Shown: positions 42,629 through 59,602 of the stretch, piece after piece
Layout: each line of letters opens with the position of its first letter
Numbering within the stretch: position 1 is the first letter of the stretch
NCBI RefSeq assembly: GCF_003334785.1
Contig: NZ_QOWV01000007.1
Source: Escherichia coli
GTDB taxonomy: Bacteria > Pseudomonadota > Gammaproteobacteria > Enterobacterales > Enterobacteriaceae
DNA length: 64,000 bases
Strand: one strand, 5' to 3'
Notes under the pieces: generated by a model
What the model saw: the letters and a program-made list of their open reading frames with translations, nothing else
What the model was told of the DNA's origin: nothing
Databases searched by the model: none
Program-made: the position numbers and the translations under genes

Positions 42629-43573
42629 TTAGCGTTTGCAAATTGAGACTAATTGCTCTTCCATCCACTGATGGCCTTTATCGCGCCCGGCAGCTTCATG
42701 CCAGGAGAGATAACAGGTTCTGCTGTTTTGTTTTAACGGCAGCGGTAATACCTGTAATTCTAAGGATTCAGCGAACTCTTCAGCCAGCCAACGCGGCGCA
42801 ATAGCGACCAAATGCGTTTGCGACACCACGCTAAGTACGCTCATCATTGCCATGCCCTGATACGCGATACTGGCTTGCTTATCTACCGTGTCATACCAAG
42901 GTTGACTAAATGACGCGAAACGATCGAGCGAAACCGCCGCATGTTGTTCGTTATAAACATCATGTTTCAGTAACGGGCCCTTAATTGTTGGATGATTTTT
43001 GCTGGCTACCAGCACCATTTCATCTTTAAATAATGGTACGCTGGTAAATTCAGGACGATGGAAGTCTTCATAACTAATCACAAACTCCGTTTCCTGATAA
43101 CGCAGCTGATGTTCAGTGTTCTGATTTAATGAAGACTTGAACATAACATGTATATTTGGCGCAATCTGCTCAATGTGATTATAAATCTGCGAGGTCAGAA
43201 TGCTGTCTAACGGGCTGCAAACACAAAGATGAAATACACGTTCACTGCTCGCGGGTTCAAAACCTGAACCAGGCAATTCATTTTGTACTAGTTGCAATGC
43301 CTGACGAACTGAACCAAAAAGTTGAAATGCGCGAGCAGTCGGTTGAATACCACGGCCATAACGAACAAAAAGCTCGTCATTAAACATCACCTTCAGGCGT
43401 GCAACAGCGTTACTGACCGCAGGTTGCGACATTCCCAGAACATGAGCGGCACGAGTAATGTTTTGCTCCTGCATCACGGCATCGAAAACGGTTAATAAGT
43501 TGAGATCGACCATGCGTAGCTGTGGTTTGCTTAACTCCGCCGTCTCTGGATGATCTGTTTGTACCTCTGGCAT
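42629..43573 (-). CDS. leuO: LysR-family transcriptional regulator LeuO
   Basis: Track ORF 373 aa extends into the AT-rich spacer; known N-terminus [33 protein letters not shown] begins at ATG 43571-43573 (314 aa). Confidence 0.92.
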   Translation of the reverse strand: MPEVQTDHPETAELSKPQLRMVDLNLLTVFDAVMQEQNITRAAHVLGMSQPAVSNAVARLKVMFNDELFVRYGRGIQPTARAFQLFGSVRQALQLVQNELPGSGFEPASSERVFHLCVCSPLDSILTSQIYNHIEQIAPNIHVMFKSSLNQNTEHQLRYQETEFVISYEDFHRPEFTSVPLFKDEMVLVASKNHPTIKGPLLKHDVYNEQHAAVSLDRFASFSQPWYDTVDKQASIAYQGMAMMSVLSVVSQTHLVAIAPRWLAEEFAESLELQVLPLPLKQNSRTCYLSWHEAAGRDKGHQWMEEQLVSICKR

Positions 43574-44231
43574 ACTTAACTCCACTGTCACACTTAACTC
43601 CCTTTCCCTTATTGGAATGCAGAGAAATAATCCTGAAGAATATGATTTATCATGCATATAAAATAAGAAAAAGCAAAATGAGTAAAATTCGGAAAACATA
43701 AAGATACGGGTTCTGATAAAAACAGAATCCATTGCCGTGGAATGAGTCATTTACCACAGCATAATAATCCATAATGTTTTTGTTGCGAAAACAATCTAAT
43801 CATAACTACCGCGAATACTCAATCATCTACAAAATGGATTAAATGTGCTTATTTAATAATTAATTTATATATTTAATGCATTAATTCTTAACATTAATTG
43901 ATCAATAATATTCACCAAATCAATATCAAAAAAATCGCAAAAGATATAATTCAATACAAATCATCAGGATAGGTTTTGCAACGCGTGCATTTTGTCCCCT
44001 TTTTCCTCGTTGATTAGATGCAAAAATTTATGCTGAAATATGTCAACCGATGAAAAGCGTCGGTAGTTAAGCAGAAATTAATATCGCTTACTTTAACCAC
44101 CGCAGCACAATTAGCTAATTTTACGGATGCAGAACTCACGCTGGCGGGACGTTTTTATTGCGTCAGGGTTGACATCCGTTTTTGTATCCAGTAACTCTAA
44201 AAGCATATCGCATTCATCTGGAGCTGATTTA

Positions 44232-44318
44232 ATGACTCACATCGTTCGCTTTATCGGTCTACTACTACTAAACGCATCTTCTTTGCGCGGTAGACGAGTG
44301 AGCGGCATCCAGCATTAA
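44232..44318 (+). CDS. leuL: leu operon leader peptide
   Basis: 28 codons [28 protein letters not shown] with four consecutive CTA Leu codons at 44259-44270; sits inside a longer track ORF. Confidence 0.9.
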
Positions 44319-44339
44319 GCCAGCACGCAGTCAAACAAA

Positions 44340-44368
44340 AAACCCGCGCCATTGCGCGGGTTTTTTTA
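44340..44368 (+). terminator. leu attenuator (rho-independent terminator)
   Basis: AACCCGCGCC-ATTG-GCGCGGGTTTTTTT read directly between leuL and leuA. Confidence 0.9.
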
Positions 44369-44410
44369 TGCCCGAAGCGAGGCGCTCTAAAAGAGACAAG
44401 GACCCAAACC

Positions 44411-47073
<2,663 letters not shown>

Positions 47074-47075
47074 TC

Positions 47076-49092
<2,017 letters not shown>

Positions 49093-49100
49093 TCCCCTTG

Positions 49101-49125
49101 CCCGGTCAAATGACCGGGCTTTCCG
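49101..49125. terminator. hairpin between convergent leuD and setA
   Basis: CCCGGTCA-AA-TGACCGGG followed by CTTTCC, in the 48-bp spacer. Confidence 0.55.
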
Positions 49126-49140
49126 CTATCGTCCACGTCA

Positions 49141-50319
49141 TCAAACGTCTTTAACCTTTGCGGTTAAAAATAATGCGACAACAGAAATAACCGCAATTAC
49201 CCAGTAGACAGCAAAGTGCCCCCAACTTTGTGCAATTGCTCCCTGAATAACGCCAGCCAGAATTACCCCGGTAGAAATACTGTTAGTAAATAAGGTGGTA
49301 GCTGCCCCCGCTCTTCCAGGCATTAAATCCTGAAACCATAGCATCCCAATACCCGCAACAATGCCGATAAATACAGCGTTAAAAAGTTGCAGCGTCATCA
49401 ACGCCATACGGCTATTAAAGAAAATCAATCCGGTGTAAAACAGTACTCCTGCCGCCACTGCTATGACCATCATTCGCCGCTTACCATAACGTTTGACATA
49501 GTAGCCAGCCAGAATCATTGCTGGTATTTCCAGTCCAGCTGCCGTCCCCATCAGGAAACCCGCCAGTTTGTCTGGCAATCCTAACTCGCTACTGATCCAC
49601 AACGGCATATCAATAATGTACATGGTGTTGCAGGTCCACATTAACGTCGAGGCGACAAATAACATCCGTACGTTACTATCCTGCCAGCCACCTTGCATTG
49701 ATAAAGCATTTTCCGACGGCAGTTCTACCCGCGCCACAGACGGAAGCATAAATGCAATCAATACCAGACTGAGTGTGAATATCCCGGCGGCAATCGAAAA
49801 CATCACCGTAAAGCCGTAATTCAACGCCAGCATAAAGGCCAACGGTGGACCGATAACCCATGCCAGAGAAAGCTGCGCACGCATCACCGAGCTAAACATC
49901 ACCACTTCTCGCGCCGAGTTATCCGCATATTCCCGCGCCAGAGCAAATAACTGTGGCATTGCCGTATTGGCCAGAGATGCCAGAAGCACACCACAGGTGA
50001 TAAGCGTCAGATAATGACGATTAAATGCAAACAATAGCGCATTGCCGATAGCCATCAAACAGCAAAATATAATCAGTTTTCGCCGATCGCCCTGACTGTC
50101 AGAACGTTTTGCCAACCAGAGGCTTACGCCGATCCCAGCAATAGCATTCACCGTATAAAAGAGGCCGATCCAGAAAGGTTGCGCGCCAACCTCACGACTC
50201 AGAAATAAGCTCAATGTAGGAGCCTGTAGCGCCCCGGCCACCCCCATCATAAAAGCGACCAGCATAAATGCCGCGTAAACACCGTTCATACGGCGAGCCA
50301 TCGTCATTATCCAGATCAT
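49141..50319 (-). CDS. setA: MFS sugar efflux transporter
   Basis: 392 aa MIWIMTMARRMNGVYAAFMLVAFMMGVAGALQAPTLSLFLSREV...; 12-TM MFS topology. Confidence 0.95.
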   Translation of the reverse strand: MIWIMTMARRMNGVYAAFMLVAFMMGVAGALQAPTLSLFLSREVGAQPFWIGLFYTVNAIAGIGVSLWLAKRSDSQGDRRKLIIFCCLMAIGNALLFAFNRHYLTLITCGVLLASLANTAMPQLFALAREYADNSAREVVMFSSVMRAQLSLAWVIGPPLAFMLALNYGFTVMFSIAAGIFTLSLVLIAFMLPSVARVELPSENALSMQGGWQDSNVRMLFVASTLMWTCNTMYIIDMPLWISSELGLPDKLAGFLMGTAAGLEIPAMILAGYYVKRYGKRRMMVIAVAAGVLFYTGLIFFNSRMALMTLQLFNAVFIGIVAGIGMLWFQDLMPGRAGAATTLFTNSISTGVILAGVIQGAIAQSWGHFAVYWVIAVISVVALFLTAKVKDV

Positions 50320-50346
50320 ACGTTCCCTTTTTAGCGCGGCGAGAAT

Positions 50347-50573
50347 AAAAAAAACCAGCAGGTATAATCTGCTGGCGGGTGATTTTACACCAATACTCAG
50401 TCACACATGATGCAGGCAAGTCAACTTTCAGAATTGCGGTCATCCCACTGCATCAGTCCTTCAAGCATGGTTAATCGTTGTGGGACGCTTAACCAACGCA
50501 ACCAGCACAACTTCGCTGTCGCGGTAAAATAGTGCTGGTAAAACTGACGCATGGGGCACCCCCTTGCTTCATC
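50347..50573 (-). ncRNA. sgrS: SgrS small RNA (glucose-phosphate stress; dual-function sRNA/mRNA)
   Basis: Minus strand reads GATGAAGCAAGGGGGTGCCCCATGCGTCAG...AGTATTGGTGTAAAATCACCCGCCAGCAGATTATACCTGCTGGTTTTTTTT, matching the SgrS sequence as I recall it, including the seed region and 3' terminator; divergent from sgrR. Confidence 0.9.
50421..50552 (-). CDS. sgrT: SgrT, 43-aa peptide encoded within SgrS
   Basis: MRQFYQHYFTATAKLCWLRWLSVPQRLTMLEGLMQWDDRNSES is the C-terminal part of a 99-aa track ORF; the ATG at 50550-50552 lies inside the sgrS 5' region. Confidence 0.85.
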   Translation of the reverse strand: MRQFYQHYFTATAKLCWLRWLSVPQRLTMLEGLMQWDDRNSES

Positions 50574-50640
50574 GTTAGGAATTATTGACTTAATATAGGG
50601 AAAATAAAATTGCTGTCTTTTGCACAGGAGTTCCCCTTTT

Positions 50641-52296
50641 ATGCCATCTGCTCGTCTGCAACAACAGTTCATCCGCCTGTGGCAATGCTGCGAGGGTAAA
50701 TCGCAGGACACAACGCTCAACGAACTGGCAGCGTTATTGAGCTGCTCGCGTCGTCATATGCGCACCCTGCTCAACACCATGCAGGATCGCGGCTGGCTGA
50801 CGTGGGAAGCGGAAGTCGGGCGCGGTAAACGCTCGCGTCTGACATTCCTCTATACCGGGCTGGCGCTTCAGCAACAGCGGGCGGAAGACCTGCTAGAGCA
50901 GGATCGTATCGATCAACTGGTGCAGTTGGTTGGCGACAAAGCGACTGTGCGGCAAATGCTGGTTTCTCATCTGGGCCGCAGCTTCCGCCAGGGGCGGCAC
51001 ATCCTGCGCGTGCTCTACTATCGTCCGTTGCGTAATCTGCTACCTGGCAGCGCATTGCGCCGTTCCGAAACCCATATCGCCCGGCAAATCTTCAGTTCGC
51101 TAACGCGCATAAATGAGGAAAATGGGGAACTGGAAGCAGACATCGCCCACCACTGGCAGCAAATTTCACCGCTTCACTGGCGTTTCTTTTTGCGTCCAGG
51201 AGTCCATTTTCACCATGGTCGTGAACTGGAAATGGACGATGTGATCGCCTCTTTAAAACGAATCAATACGCTGCCGCTCTATTCGCATATTGCTGACATT
51301 GTGTCGCCGACGCCCTGGACGCTGGATATCCATCTCACGCAACCGGACCGCTGGTTACCGTTACTGCTGGGGCAAGTTCCGGCGATGATCCTGCCGCGCG
51401 AATGGGAAACCCTCAGTAACTTTGCCAGCCATCCCATCGGCACCGGTCCGTATGCGGTGATTCGCAACAGCACCAATCAACTGAAAATTCAGGCATTCGA
51501 TGACTTCTTCGGTTACCGGGCATTAATCGACGAAGTTAACGTCTGGGTTCTGCCGGAAATTGCCGACGAGCCAGCCGGAGGGCTGATGCTAAAAGGTCCA
51601 CAGGGCGAGGAAAAAGAGATTGAAAGCCGCCTGGAGGAAGGTTGCTACTATTTACTGTTCGACAGCCGCACCCATCGCGGGGCGAATCAGCAAGTCAGGG
51701 ACTGGGTAAGCTATGTGCTTTCTCCAACTAATCTGGTCTATTTCGCTGAGGAACAGTACCAGCAACTGTGGTTCCCGGCTTATGGACTGCTCCCCCGTTG
51801 GCACCATGCCCGCACCATAAAGAGCGAAAAACCGGCTGGCCTGGAAAGCCTCACCCTAACCTTTTATCAGGATCACAGTGAGCATCGGGTGATTGCCGGG
51901 ATCATGCAGCAGATTCTGGCAAGTCACCAGGTCACGCTGAAAATCAAAGAGATCGACTACGATCAGTGGCATACAGGAGAGATCGAAAGTGATATCTGGC
52001 TAAACAGCGCCAACTTTACCCTGCCGCTGGACTTCTCTGTTTTCGCACATTTATGCGAAGTGCCACTGCTACAACATTGCATTCCCATTGACTGGCAAGC
52101 CGACGCTGCTCGCTGGCGCAATGGCGAGATGAATCTGGCGAACTGGTGCCAGCAACTGGTCGCCAGCAAAGCGATGGTGCCATTATTGCACCACTGGCTG
52201 ATCATTCAGGGGCAACGCAGTATGCGCGGCCTGCGCATGAATACCCTCGGCTGGTTCGATTTTAAATCAGCGTGGTTTGCGCCACCGGATCCATGA
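50641..52296 (+). CDS. sgrR: transcriptional regulator SgrR (HTH plus solute-binding-protein-like domain)
   Basis: Track ORF 558 aa; known N-terminus [33 protein letters not shown] begins at ATG 50641 (551 aa); the longer frame would run through the sgrS promoter. Confidence 0.93.
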   Translation: MPSARLQQQFIRLWQCCEGKSQDTTLNELAALLSCSRRHMRTLLNTMQDRGWLTWEAEVGRGKRSRLTFLYTGLALQQQRAEDLLEQDRIDQLVQLVGDKATVRQMLVSHLGRSFRQGRHILRVLYYRPLRNLLPGSALRRSETHIARQIFSSLTRINEENGELEADIAHHWQQISPLHWRFFLRPGVHFHHGRELEMDDVIASLKRINTLPLYSHIADIVSPTPWTLDIHLTQPDRWLPLLLGQVPAMILPREWETLSNFASHPIGTGPYAVIRNSTNQLKIQAFDDFFGYRALIDEVNVWVLPEIADEPAGGLMLKGPQGEEKEIESRLEEGCYYLLFDSRTHRGANQQVRDWVSYVLSPTNLVYFAEEQYQQLWFPAYGLLPRWHHARTIKSEKPAGLESLTLTFYQDHSEHRVIAGIMQQILASHQVTLKIKEIDYDQWHTGEIESDIWLNSANFTLPLDFSVFAHLCEVPLLQHCIPIDWQADAARWRNGEMNLANWCQQLVASKAMVPLLHHWLIIQGQRSMRGLRMNTLGWFDFKSAWFAPPDP

Positions 52297-52331
52297 TTGC
52301 TGGTTGATAACAAAATCACTACACTAACGCC

Positions 52332-52424
52332 GTTCTCAACGGGGTGCCACGCGTACGCGTGCGCTGAGAAAATACCCGTCGAACCTGATCCGGATAACGC
52401 CGGCGAAGGGATTTGAGGCTCCTT
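52332..52424 (+). promoter_or_regulatory. sroA: TPP riboswitch (thi box; sroA) in the thiBPQ leader
   Basis: GGGGTGCC...CTGAGA...AACCTGATCCGGATAACGCCGGCGAAGGGA read directly, carrying the conserved THI-element CTGAGA and ACCTGATC-GG-TAATGCC-GCG-AGGGA-like core; 35-130 bp upstream of thiB. Confidence 0.85.
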
Positions 52425-52459
52425 CTCAAGTCCTTTGCCACTCTTTTTTGAGGTGCAAA

Positions 52460-53443
52460 GTGTTAAAAAAATGTCTGCCCCTGCTGTTGCTGTGCACAGC
52501 GCCCGTTTTCGCTAAACCCGTTCTGACTGTTTATACCTACGATTCCTTCGCCGCCGACTGGGGGCCTGGTCCGGTGGTTAAAAAAGCCTTTGAAGCCGAC
52601 TGTAATTGCGAACTGAAACTGGTGGCGCTGGAAGATGGCGTTTCGCTTCTCAACCGTCTACGGATGGAAGGCAAAAACAGTAAAGCCGATGTGGTGCTGG
52701 GGCTGGATAACAACCTGTTAGACGCCGCCAGTAAAACCGGACTGTTTGCCAAAAGCGGTGTGGCAGCGGATGCCGTTAACGTTCCCGGCGGCTGGAATAA
52801 TGACACTTTCGTACCGTTTGATTATGGCTACTTCGCCTTCGTTTATGACAAGAACAAACTGAAAAACCCGCCACAAAGCCTGAAAGAACTGGTTGAGAGC
52901 GATCAAAACTGGCGGGTGATTTATCAGGATCCGCGCACCAGTACACCGGGGCTGGGTCTGTTGCTATGGATGCAAAAAGTCTATGGCGATGACGCCCCAC
53001 AAGCCTGGCAGAAACTGGCGAAGAAAACGGTCACGGTCACCAAAGGCTGGAGCGAAGCCTACGGCCTGTTTTTAAAAGGTGAAAGCGATCTGGTACTGAG
53101 TTACACCACCTCTCCGGCTTATCACATTCTCGAAGAGAAGAAAGATAACTACGCCGCCGCGAACTTCAGCGAAGGTCACTATCTGCAAGTGGAAGTCGCC
53201 GCCCGCACCGCTGCCAGCAAGCAGCCGGAGCTGGCGCAAAAATTCCTCCAGTTTATGGTTTCTCCGGCTTTCCAGAATGCGATCCCAACCGGCAACTGGA
53301 TGTATCCGGTGGCAAACATCACGCTGCCTGCCGGTTTTGAAAAATTGACCAAACCCGCAACCACGTTGGAGTTCACGCCAGCCGAAGTGGCGGCACAACG
53401 TCAGGCATGGATTAGCGAATGGCAACGCGCCGTCAGCCGTTAA
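52460..53443 (+). CDS. thiB: thiamine/TPP ABC transporter periplasmic binding protein
   Basis: Track ORF starts at a TTG at 52448; the GTG at 52460 gives (M)LKKCLPLLLLCTAPVFA signal peptide (327 aa), matching the known N-terminus. Confidence 0.9.
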   Translation: MLKKCLPLLLLCTAPVFAKPVLTVYTYDSFAADWGPGPVVKKAFEADCNCELKLVALEDGVSLLNRLRMEGKNSKADVVLGLDNNLLDAASKTGLFAKSGVAADAVNVPGGWNNDTFVPFDYGYFAFVYDKNKLKNPPQSLKELVESDQNWRVIYQDPRTSTPGLGLLLWMQKVYGDDAPQAWQKLAKKTVTVTKGWSEAYGLFLKGESDLVLSYTTSPAYHILEEKKDNYAAANFSEGHYLQVEVAARTAASKQPELAQKFLQFMVSPAFQNAIPTGNWMYPVANITLPAGFEKLTKPATTLEFTPAEVAAQRQAWISEWQRAVSR

Positions 53444-55029
53444 TTCCCGGCTGGTTAATTCCAGGTGTAAGCGCCACCACGCTGGTGGTAGCGGTTGCGC
53501 TGGCGGCGTTTCTCGCCCTGTGGTGGAACGCGCCGCAGGATGACTGGGTGGCAGTCTGGCAGGACAGCTATCTGTGGCATGTGGTGCGCTTCTCCTTCTG
53601 GCAGGCGTTTCTCTCGGCACTGCTCTCTGTCATACCCGCGATATTCCTCGCCCGCGCGCTCTATCGCAGGCGCTTTCCGGGTCGGCTGGCGCTGTTGCGT
53701 CTGTGTGCAATGACCTTGATCCTCCCGGTGTTGGTCGCTGTTTTCGGCATTCTTAGCGTCTATGGTCGCCAGGGCTGGCTGGCAACACTCTGCCAATCGC
53801 TCGGTCTGGAGTGGACCTTTTCGCCCTACGGCCTGCAAGGTATTTTGCTGGCCCATGTGTTTTTTAATCTGCCGATGGCGAGCCGCTTATTACTCCAGGC
53901 ACTGGAAAACATCCCCGGCGAACAGCGTCAACTTGCCGCCCAGCTTGGGATGCGTAGCTGGCATTTTTTCCGCTTCGTCGAATGGCCGTGGTTACGGCGA
54001 CAAATCCCGCCGGTTGCTGCGCTTATCTTTATGCTCTGTTTCGCCAGCTTCGCCACCGTGCTATCGCTGGGGGGCGGTCCGCAGGCGACCACTATCGAGC
54101 TGGCAATCTATCAGGCGCTGAGTTACGACTACGATCCTGCCCGCGCGGCAATGCTGGCGCTGCTCCAGATGGTGTGCTGCCTCGGGCTGGTGCTGTTGAG
54201 TCAGCGATTGAGTAAGGCCATTGCGCCCGGCACCACGCTGCTGCAAGGCTGGCGCGACCCGGACGATCGTCTGCATAGCCGCATTTGCGACACGGTGTTA
54301 ATTGTGCTGGCGCTGCTGCTGTTGCTGCCACCGTTACTGGCGGTGATCGTCGATGGGGTAAATCGCCAGTTGCCGGAAGTGCTGGCACAACCGGTGCTGT
54401 GGCAGGCGCTGTGGACCTCGTTGCGTATTGCGCTGGCGGCAGGTGTATTGTGCGTAGTGCTGACCATGATGCTGCTATGGAGCAGTCGCGAACTGCGGGC
54501 GCGGCAGAAAATGCTGGCGGGTCAGGTGCTGGAGATGAGCGGCATGTTGATCCTCGCCATGCCGGGGATTGTGCTGGCTACCGGCTTCTTTTTACTGCTC
54601 AACAACACTATCGGCCTGCCACAATCTGCTGACGGCATTGTGATTTTCACCAATGCGTTAATGGCGATCCCTTATGCGCTGAAAGTGCTGGAAAACCCGA
54701 TGCGCGATATCACCGCCCGCTACAGCATGTTATGTCAGTCGCTGGGGATTGAAGGCTGGTCACGCTTAAAAGTGGTGGAGCTGCGCGCCCTGAAACGTCC
54801 ACTGGCGCAGGCGCTGGCCTTTGCATGCGTGCTGTCGATTGGTGATTTTGGCGTGGTGGCGTTGTTCGGTAACGATGATTTCCGCACCCTGCCGTTTTAT
54901 CTCTACCAGCAAATTGGCTCCTATCGCAGCCAGGACGGTGCGGTCACCGCGTTAATTCTGCTGCTGCTCTGTTTTCTGCTGTTTACCGTGATTGAAAAAC
55001 TACCGGGGCGAAATGTTAAAACTGACTGA
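53419..55029 (+). CDS. thiP: thiamine ABC transporter permease
   Basis: 536 aa polytopic protein with two ABC-permease domains; 25-bp overlap with thiB. Confidence 0.94.
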   Translation: MATRRQPLIPGWLIPGVSATTLVVAVALAAFLALWWNAPQDDWVAVWQDSYLWHVVRFSFWQAFLSALLSVIPAIFLARALYRRRFPGRLALLRLCAMTLILPVLVAVFGILSVYGRQGWLATLCQSLGLEWTFSPYGLQGILLAHVFFNLPMASRLLLQALENIPGEQRQLAAQLGMRSWHFFRFVEWPWLRRQIPPVAALIFMLCFASFATVLSLGGGPQATTIELAIYQALSYDYDPARAAMLALLQMVCCLGLVLLSQRLSKAIAPGTTLLQGWRDPDDRLHSRICDTVLIVLALLLLLPPLLAVIVDGVNRQLPEVLAQPVLWQALWTSLRIALAAGVLCVVLTMMLLWSSRELRARQKMLAGQVLEMSGMLILAMPGIVLATGFFLLLNNTIGLPQSADGIVIFTNALMAIPYALKVLENPMRDITARYSMLCQSLGIEGWSRLKVVELRALKRPLAQALAFACVLSIGDFGVVALFGNDDFRTLPFYLYQQIGSYRSQDGAVTALILLLLCFLLFTVIEKLPGRNVKTD

Positions 55030-55711
55030 TATCACCTGGCTTTACCACCATTTGCCGATGCGTTTTAGCTTAACGGTGGAACGCGGCGAGCAGGTGGCGA
55101 TCCTCGGGCCAAGCGGCGCGGGTAAAAGTACCCTGCTGAATTTGATCGCCGGTTTTCTGACGCCAGCCAGCGGTTCGCTGACTATCGATGGCGTAGATCA
55201 CACAACTATGCCGCCGTCACGCCGTCCGGTGTCGATGCTGTTTCAGGAGAACAACCTGTTCAGCCACCTGACGGTCGCACAGAACATCGGGCTGGGGCTA
55301 AATCCGGGATTGAAACTGAACGCGGTACAGCAGGGGAAAATGCACGCTATCGCCCGCCAGATGGGGATTGATAATTTAATGGCGCGGTTACCGGGCGAGC
55401 TTTCCGGCGGTCAGCGACAGCGAGTGGCGTTAGCGCGTTGTCTGGTACGCGAACAGCCGATTTTATTGCTCGATGAACCGTTCTCTGCGCTCGATCCGGC
55501 GTTACGTCAGGAGATGTTGACGCTGGTGAGCACGAGCTGCCAGCAGCAAAAAATGACGCTATTGATGGTGTCGCACAGCGTGGAAGATGCGGCGCGGATC
55601 GCCACGCGCTCGGTAGTAGTCGCCGACGGGCGCATCGCCTGGCAGGGTATGACCAATGAGTTGTTGAGCGGTAAGGCGAGTGCTTCGGCACTATTGGGGA
55701 TTACGGGTTAG
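55013..55711 (+). CDS. thiQ: thiamine ABC transporter ATP-binding protein
   Basis: Track ORF 239 aa; known N-terminus [18 protein letters not shown] begins at ATG 55013 (232 aa); Walker [10 protein letters not shown], signature LSGGQRQR. Confidence 0.94.
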   Translation: MLKLTDITWLYHHLPMRFSLTVERGEQVAILGPSGAGKSTLLNLIAGFLTPASGSLTIDGVDHTTMPPSRRPVSMLFQENNLFSHLTVAQNIGLGLNPGLKLNAVQQGKMHAIARQMGIDNLMARLPGELSGGQRQRVALARCLVREQPILLLDEPFSALDPALRQEMLTLVSTSCQQQKMTLLMVSHSVEDAARIATRSVVVADGRIAWQGMTNELLSGKASASALLGITG

Positions 55712-55714
55712 TAT

Positions 55715-55812
<98 letters not shown>

Positions 55813-55824
55813 CAAGACTATCTC

Positions 55825-56589
55825 CTAAACCCCAACCACTTTACGCAAAATATCGATATACACCGGCATCAACGGGTGGCGAATTAACACCACCAGCGCC
55901 ACCACGCCGATGGCAGAAATCAACGGCGTCAGCCACAACAAACGACCGCGGGACAAATAATGACTCAAACGGTCAGTCGCTTTACCGCTGCGCCATAACC
56001 GCCAGCACAGCCAGCCACCAACCCACAAAAACACCGCTGTTGCCAGCAGCAACCATTTAAACTCACCGCTCTGCATTCCGGCAGGAATATCGATCGCCGC
56101 GCCCGCCAGAATCCCTGGCAGGAAGTAAAACGGCGGCCACAGCAGGCAGCCGATAATATTCGGCGTAATAAATTTAGCCACCGGCAGATCCAGCATTCCC
56201 GCCACCATTGGCACCAGCGGACGCGTCGGGCCAACAAAACGACCGACCAGAATGGTGAACATGCTGTGTTGATGCAACGCATGTTCAGTTTTATCAAGTA
56301 GTGCTTTGTTTTTCTTCAGAAATGACCAGCGATGCAACGGCTTTTTAAAACGCCAACCCAACCAGAAAGAAATCCAGTCGCCCATCAAGCAGCCAATAAT
56401 CCCTGCCAGCCAGGCGTGCCAGAAACTTAACTCGCCGCTGCCAATCAGCGCTCCCAGCCCCGCCATCAGCACCGTACCGGGTAGAATCAAACCGACCAGC
56501 GCCAGCGACTCCAGAAAGGCCACCAACACCACCGCCATCAATGAATACACGGTGGATTGGGTAATAAAGTGTTCCAGCAATGCTTGCAT
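55825..56589 (-). CDS. yabI: DedA-family inner membrane protein
   Basis: 254 aa MQALLEHFITQSTVYSLMAVVLVAFLESLALVGLILPGTVLMAGLGALIGSG...; DedA/SNARE-associated fold. Confidence 0.94.
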   Translation of the reverse strand: MQALLEHFITQSTVYSLMAVVLVAFLESLALVGLILPGTVLMAGLGALIGSGELSFWHAWLAGIIGCLMGDWISFWLGWRFKKPLHRWSFLKKNKALLDKTEHALHQHSMFTILVGRFVGPTRPLVPMVAGMLDLPVAKFITPNIIGCLLWPPFYFLPGILAGAAIDIPAGMQSGEFKWLLLATAVFLWVGGWLCWRLWRSGKATDRLSHYLSRGRLLWLTPLISAIGVVALVVLIRHPLMPVYIDILRKVVGV

Positions 56590-56674
56590 AATGTGCCTGT
56601 CAAATGGACGAAGCAGGGATTCTGCAAACCCTATGCTACTCCGTCAAGCCGTCAATTGTCTGATTCGTTACCAA

Positions 56675-57553
56675 TTATGACAACTTGACGGCTACATCAT
56701 TCACTTTTTCTTCACAACCGGCACGAAACTCGCTCGGGCTGGCCCCGGTGCATTTTTTAAATACTCGCGAGAAATAGAGTTGATCGTCAAAACCAACATT
56801 GCGACCGACGGTGGCGATAGGCATCCGGGTAGTGCTCAAAAGCAGCTTCGCCTGACTAATGCGTTGGTCCTCGCGCCAGCTTAAGACGCTAATCCCTAAC
56901 TGCTGGCGGAAAAGATGTGACAGACGCGACGGCGACAAGCAAACATGCTGTGCGACGCTGGCGATATCAAAATTGCTGTCTGCCAGGTGATCGCTGATGT
57001 ACTGACAAGCCTCGCGTACCCGATTATCCATCGGTGGATGGAGCGACTCGTTAATCGCTTCCATGCGCCGCAGTAACAATTGCTCAAGCAGATTTATCGC
57101 CAGCAGCTCCGAATAGCGCCCTTCCCCTTGCCCGGCGTTAATGATTTGCCCAAACAGGTCGCTGAAATGCGGCTGGTGCGCTTCATCCGGGCGAAAGAAA
57201 CCCGTATTGGCAAATATTGACGGCCAGTTAAGCCATTCATGCCAGTAGGCGCGCGGACGAAAGTAAACCCACTGGTGATACCATTCGCGAGCCTCCGGAT
57301 GACGACCGTAGTGATGAATCTCTCCTGGCGGGAACAGCAAAATATCACCCGGTCGGCAGACAAATTCTCGTCCCTGATTTTTCACCACCCCCTGACCGCG
57401 AATGGTGAGATTGAGAATATAACCTTTCATTCCCAGCGGTCGGTCGATAAAAAAATCGAGATAACCGTTGGCCTCAATCGGCGTTAAACCCGCCACCAGA
57501 TGGGCGTTAAACGAGTATCCCGGCAGCAGGGGATCATTTTGCGCTTCAGCCAT
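56675..57553 (-). CDS. araC: arabinose operon regulator AraC
   Basis: Track ORF 309 aa; known N-terminus [50 protein letters not shown] begins at ATG 57551-57553 (292 aa); C-terminal AraC-type HTH. Confidence 0.95.
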
Positions 57554-57719
57554 ACTTTTCATACTCCCACCATTCAGAGAAGAAACCAATTGTCCATATT
57601 GCATCAGACATTGCCGTCACTGCGTCTTTTACTGGCTCTTCTCGCTAACCCAACCGGTAACCCCGCTTATTAAAAGCATTCTGTAACAAAGCGGGACCAA
57701 AGCCATGACAAAAACGCGT

Positions 57720-57790
57720 AACAAAAGTGTCTATAATCACGGCAGAAAAGTCCACATTGATTATTTGCACGGCGTCACACTTTGCTATGC
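57720..57790. promoter_or_regulatory. araC-araBAD divergent control region: araO1 / araC promoter / CRP site (approximate)
   Basis: Sequence ...CTATAATCACGGCAGAAAAGTCCACATTGATTATTTGCACGGCGTCACACTTTGCTATGCC... matches the ara regulatory region as I recall it; exact site boundaries not resolved. Confidence 0.5.
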
Positions 57791-57792
57791 CA

Positions 57793-59592
<1,800 letters not shown>

Positions 59593-59602
59593 GGACACGA
59601 TA

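Noticed and set aside
50421-50720. 99-aa minus-strand ORF spanning sgrS and running antisense into sgrR
   Set aside because: Only the C-terminal 43 codons (SgrT, from ATG 50550-50552) lie inside the sgrS transcript. The upstream part would cross the sgrS promoter and the sgrR start codon.
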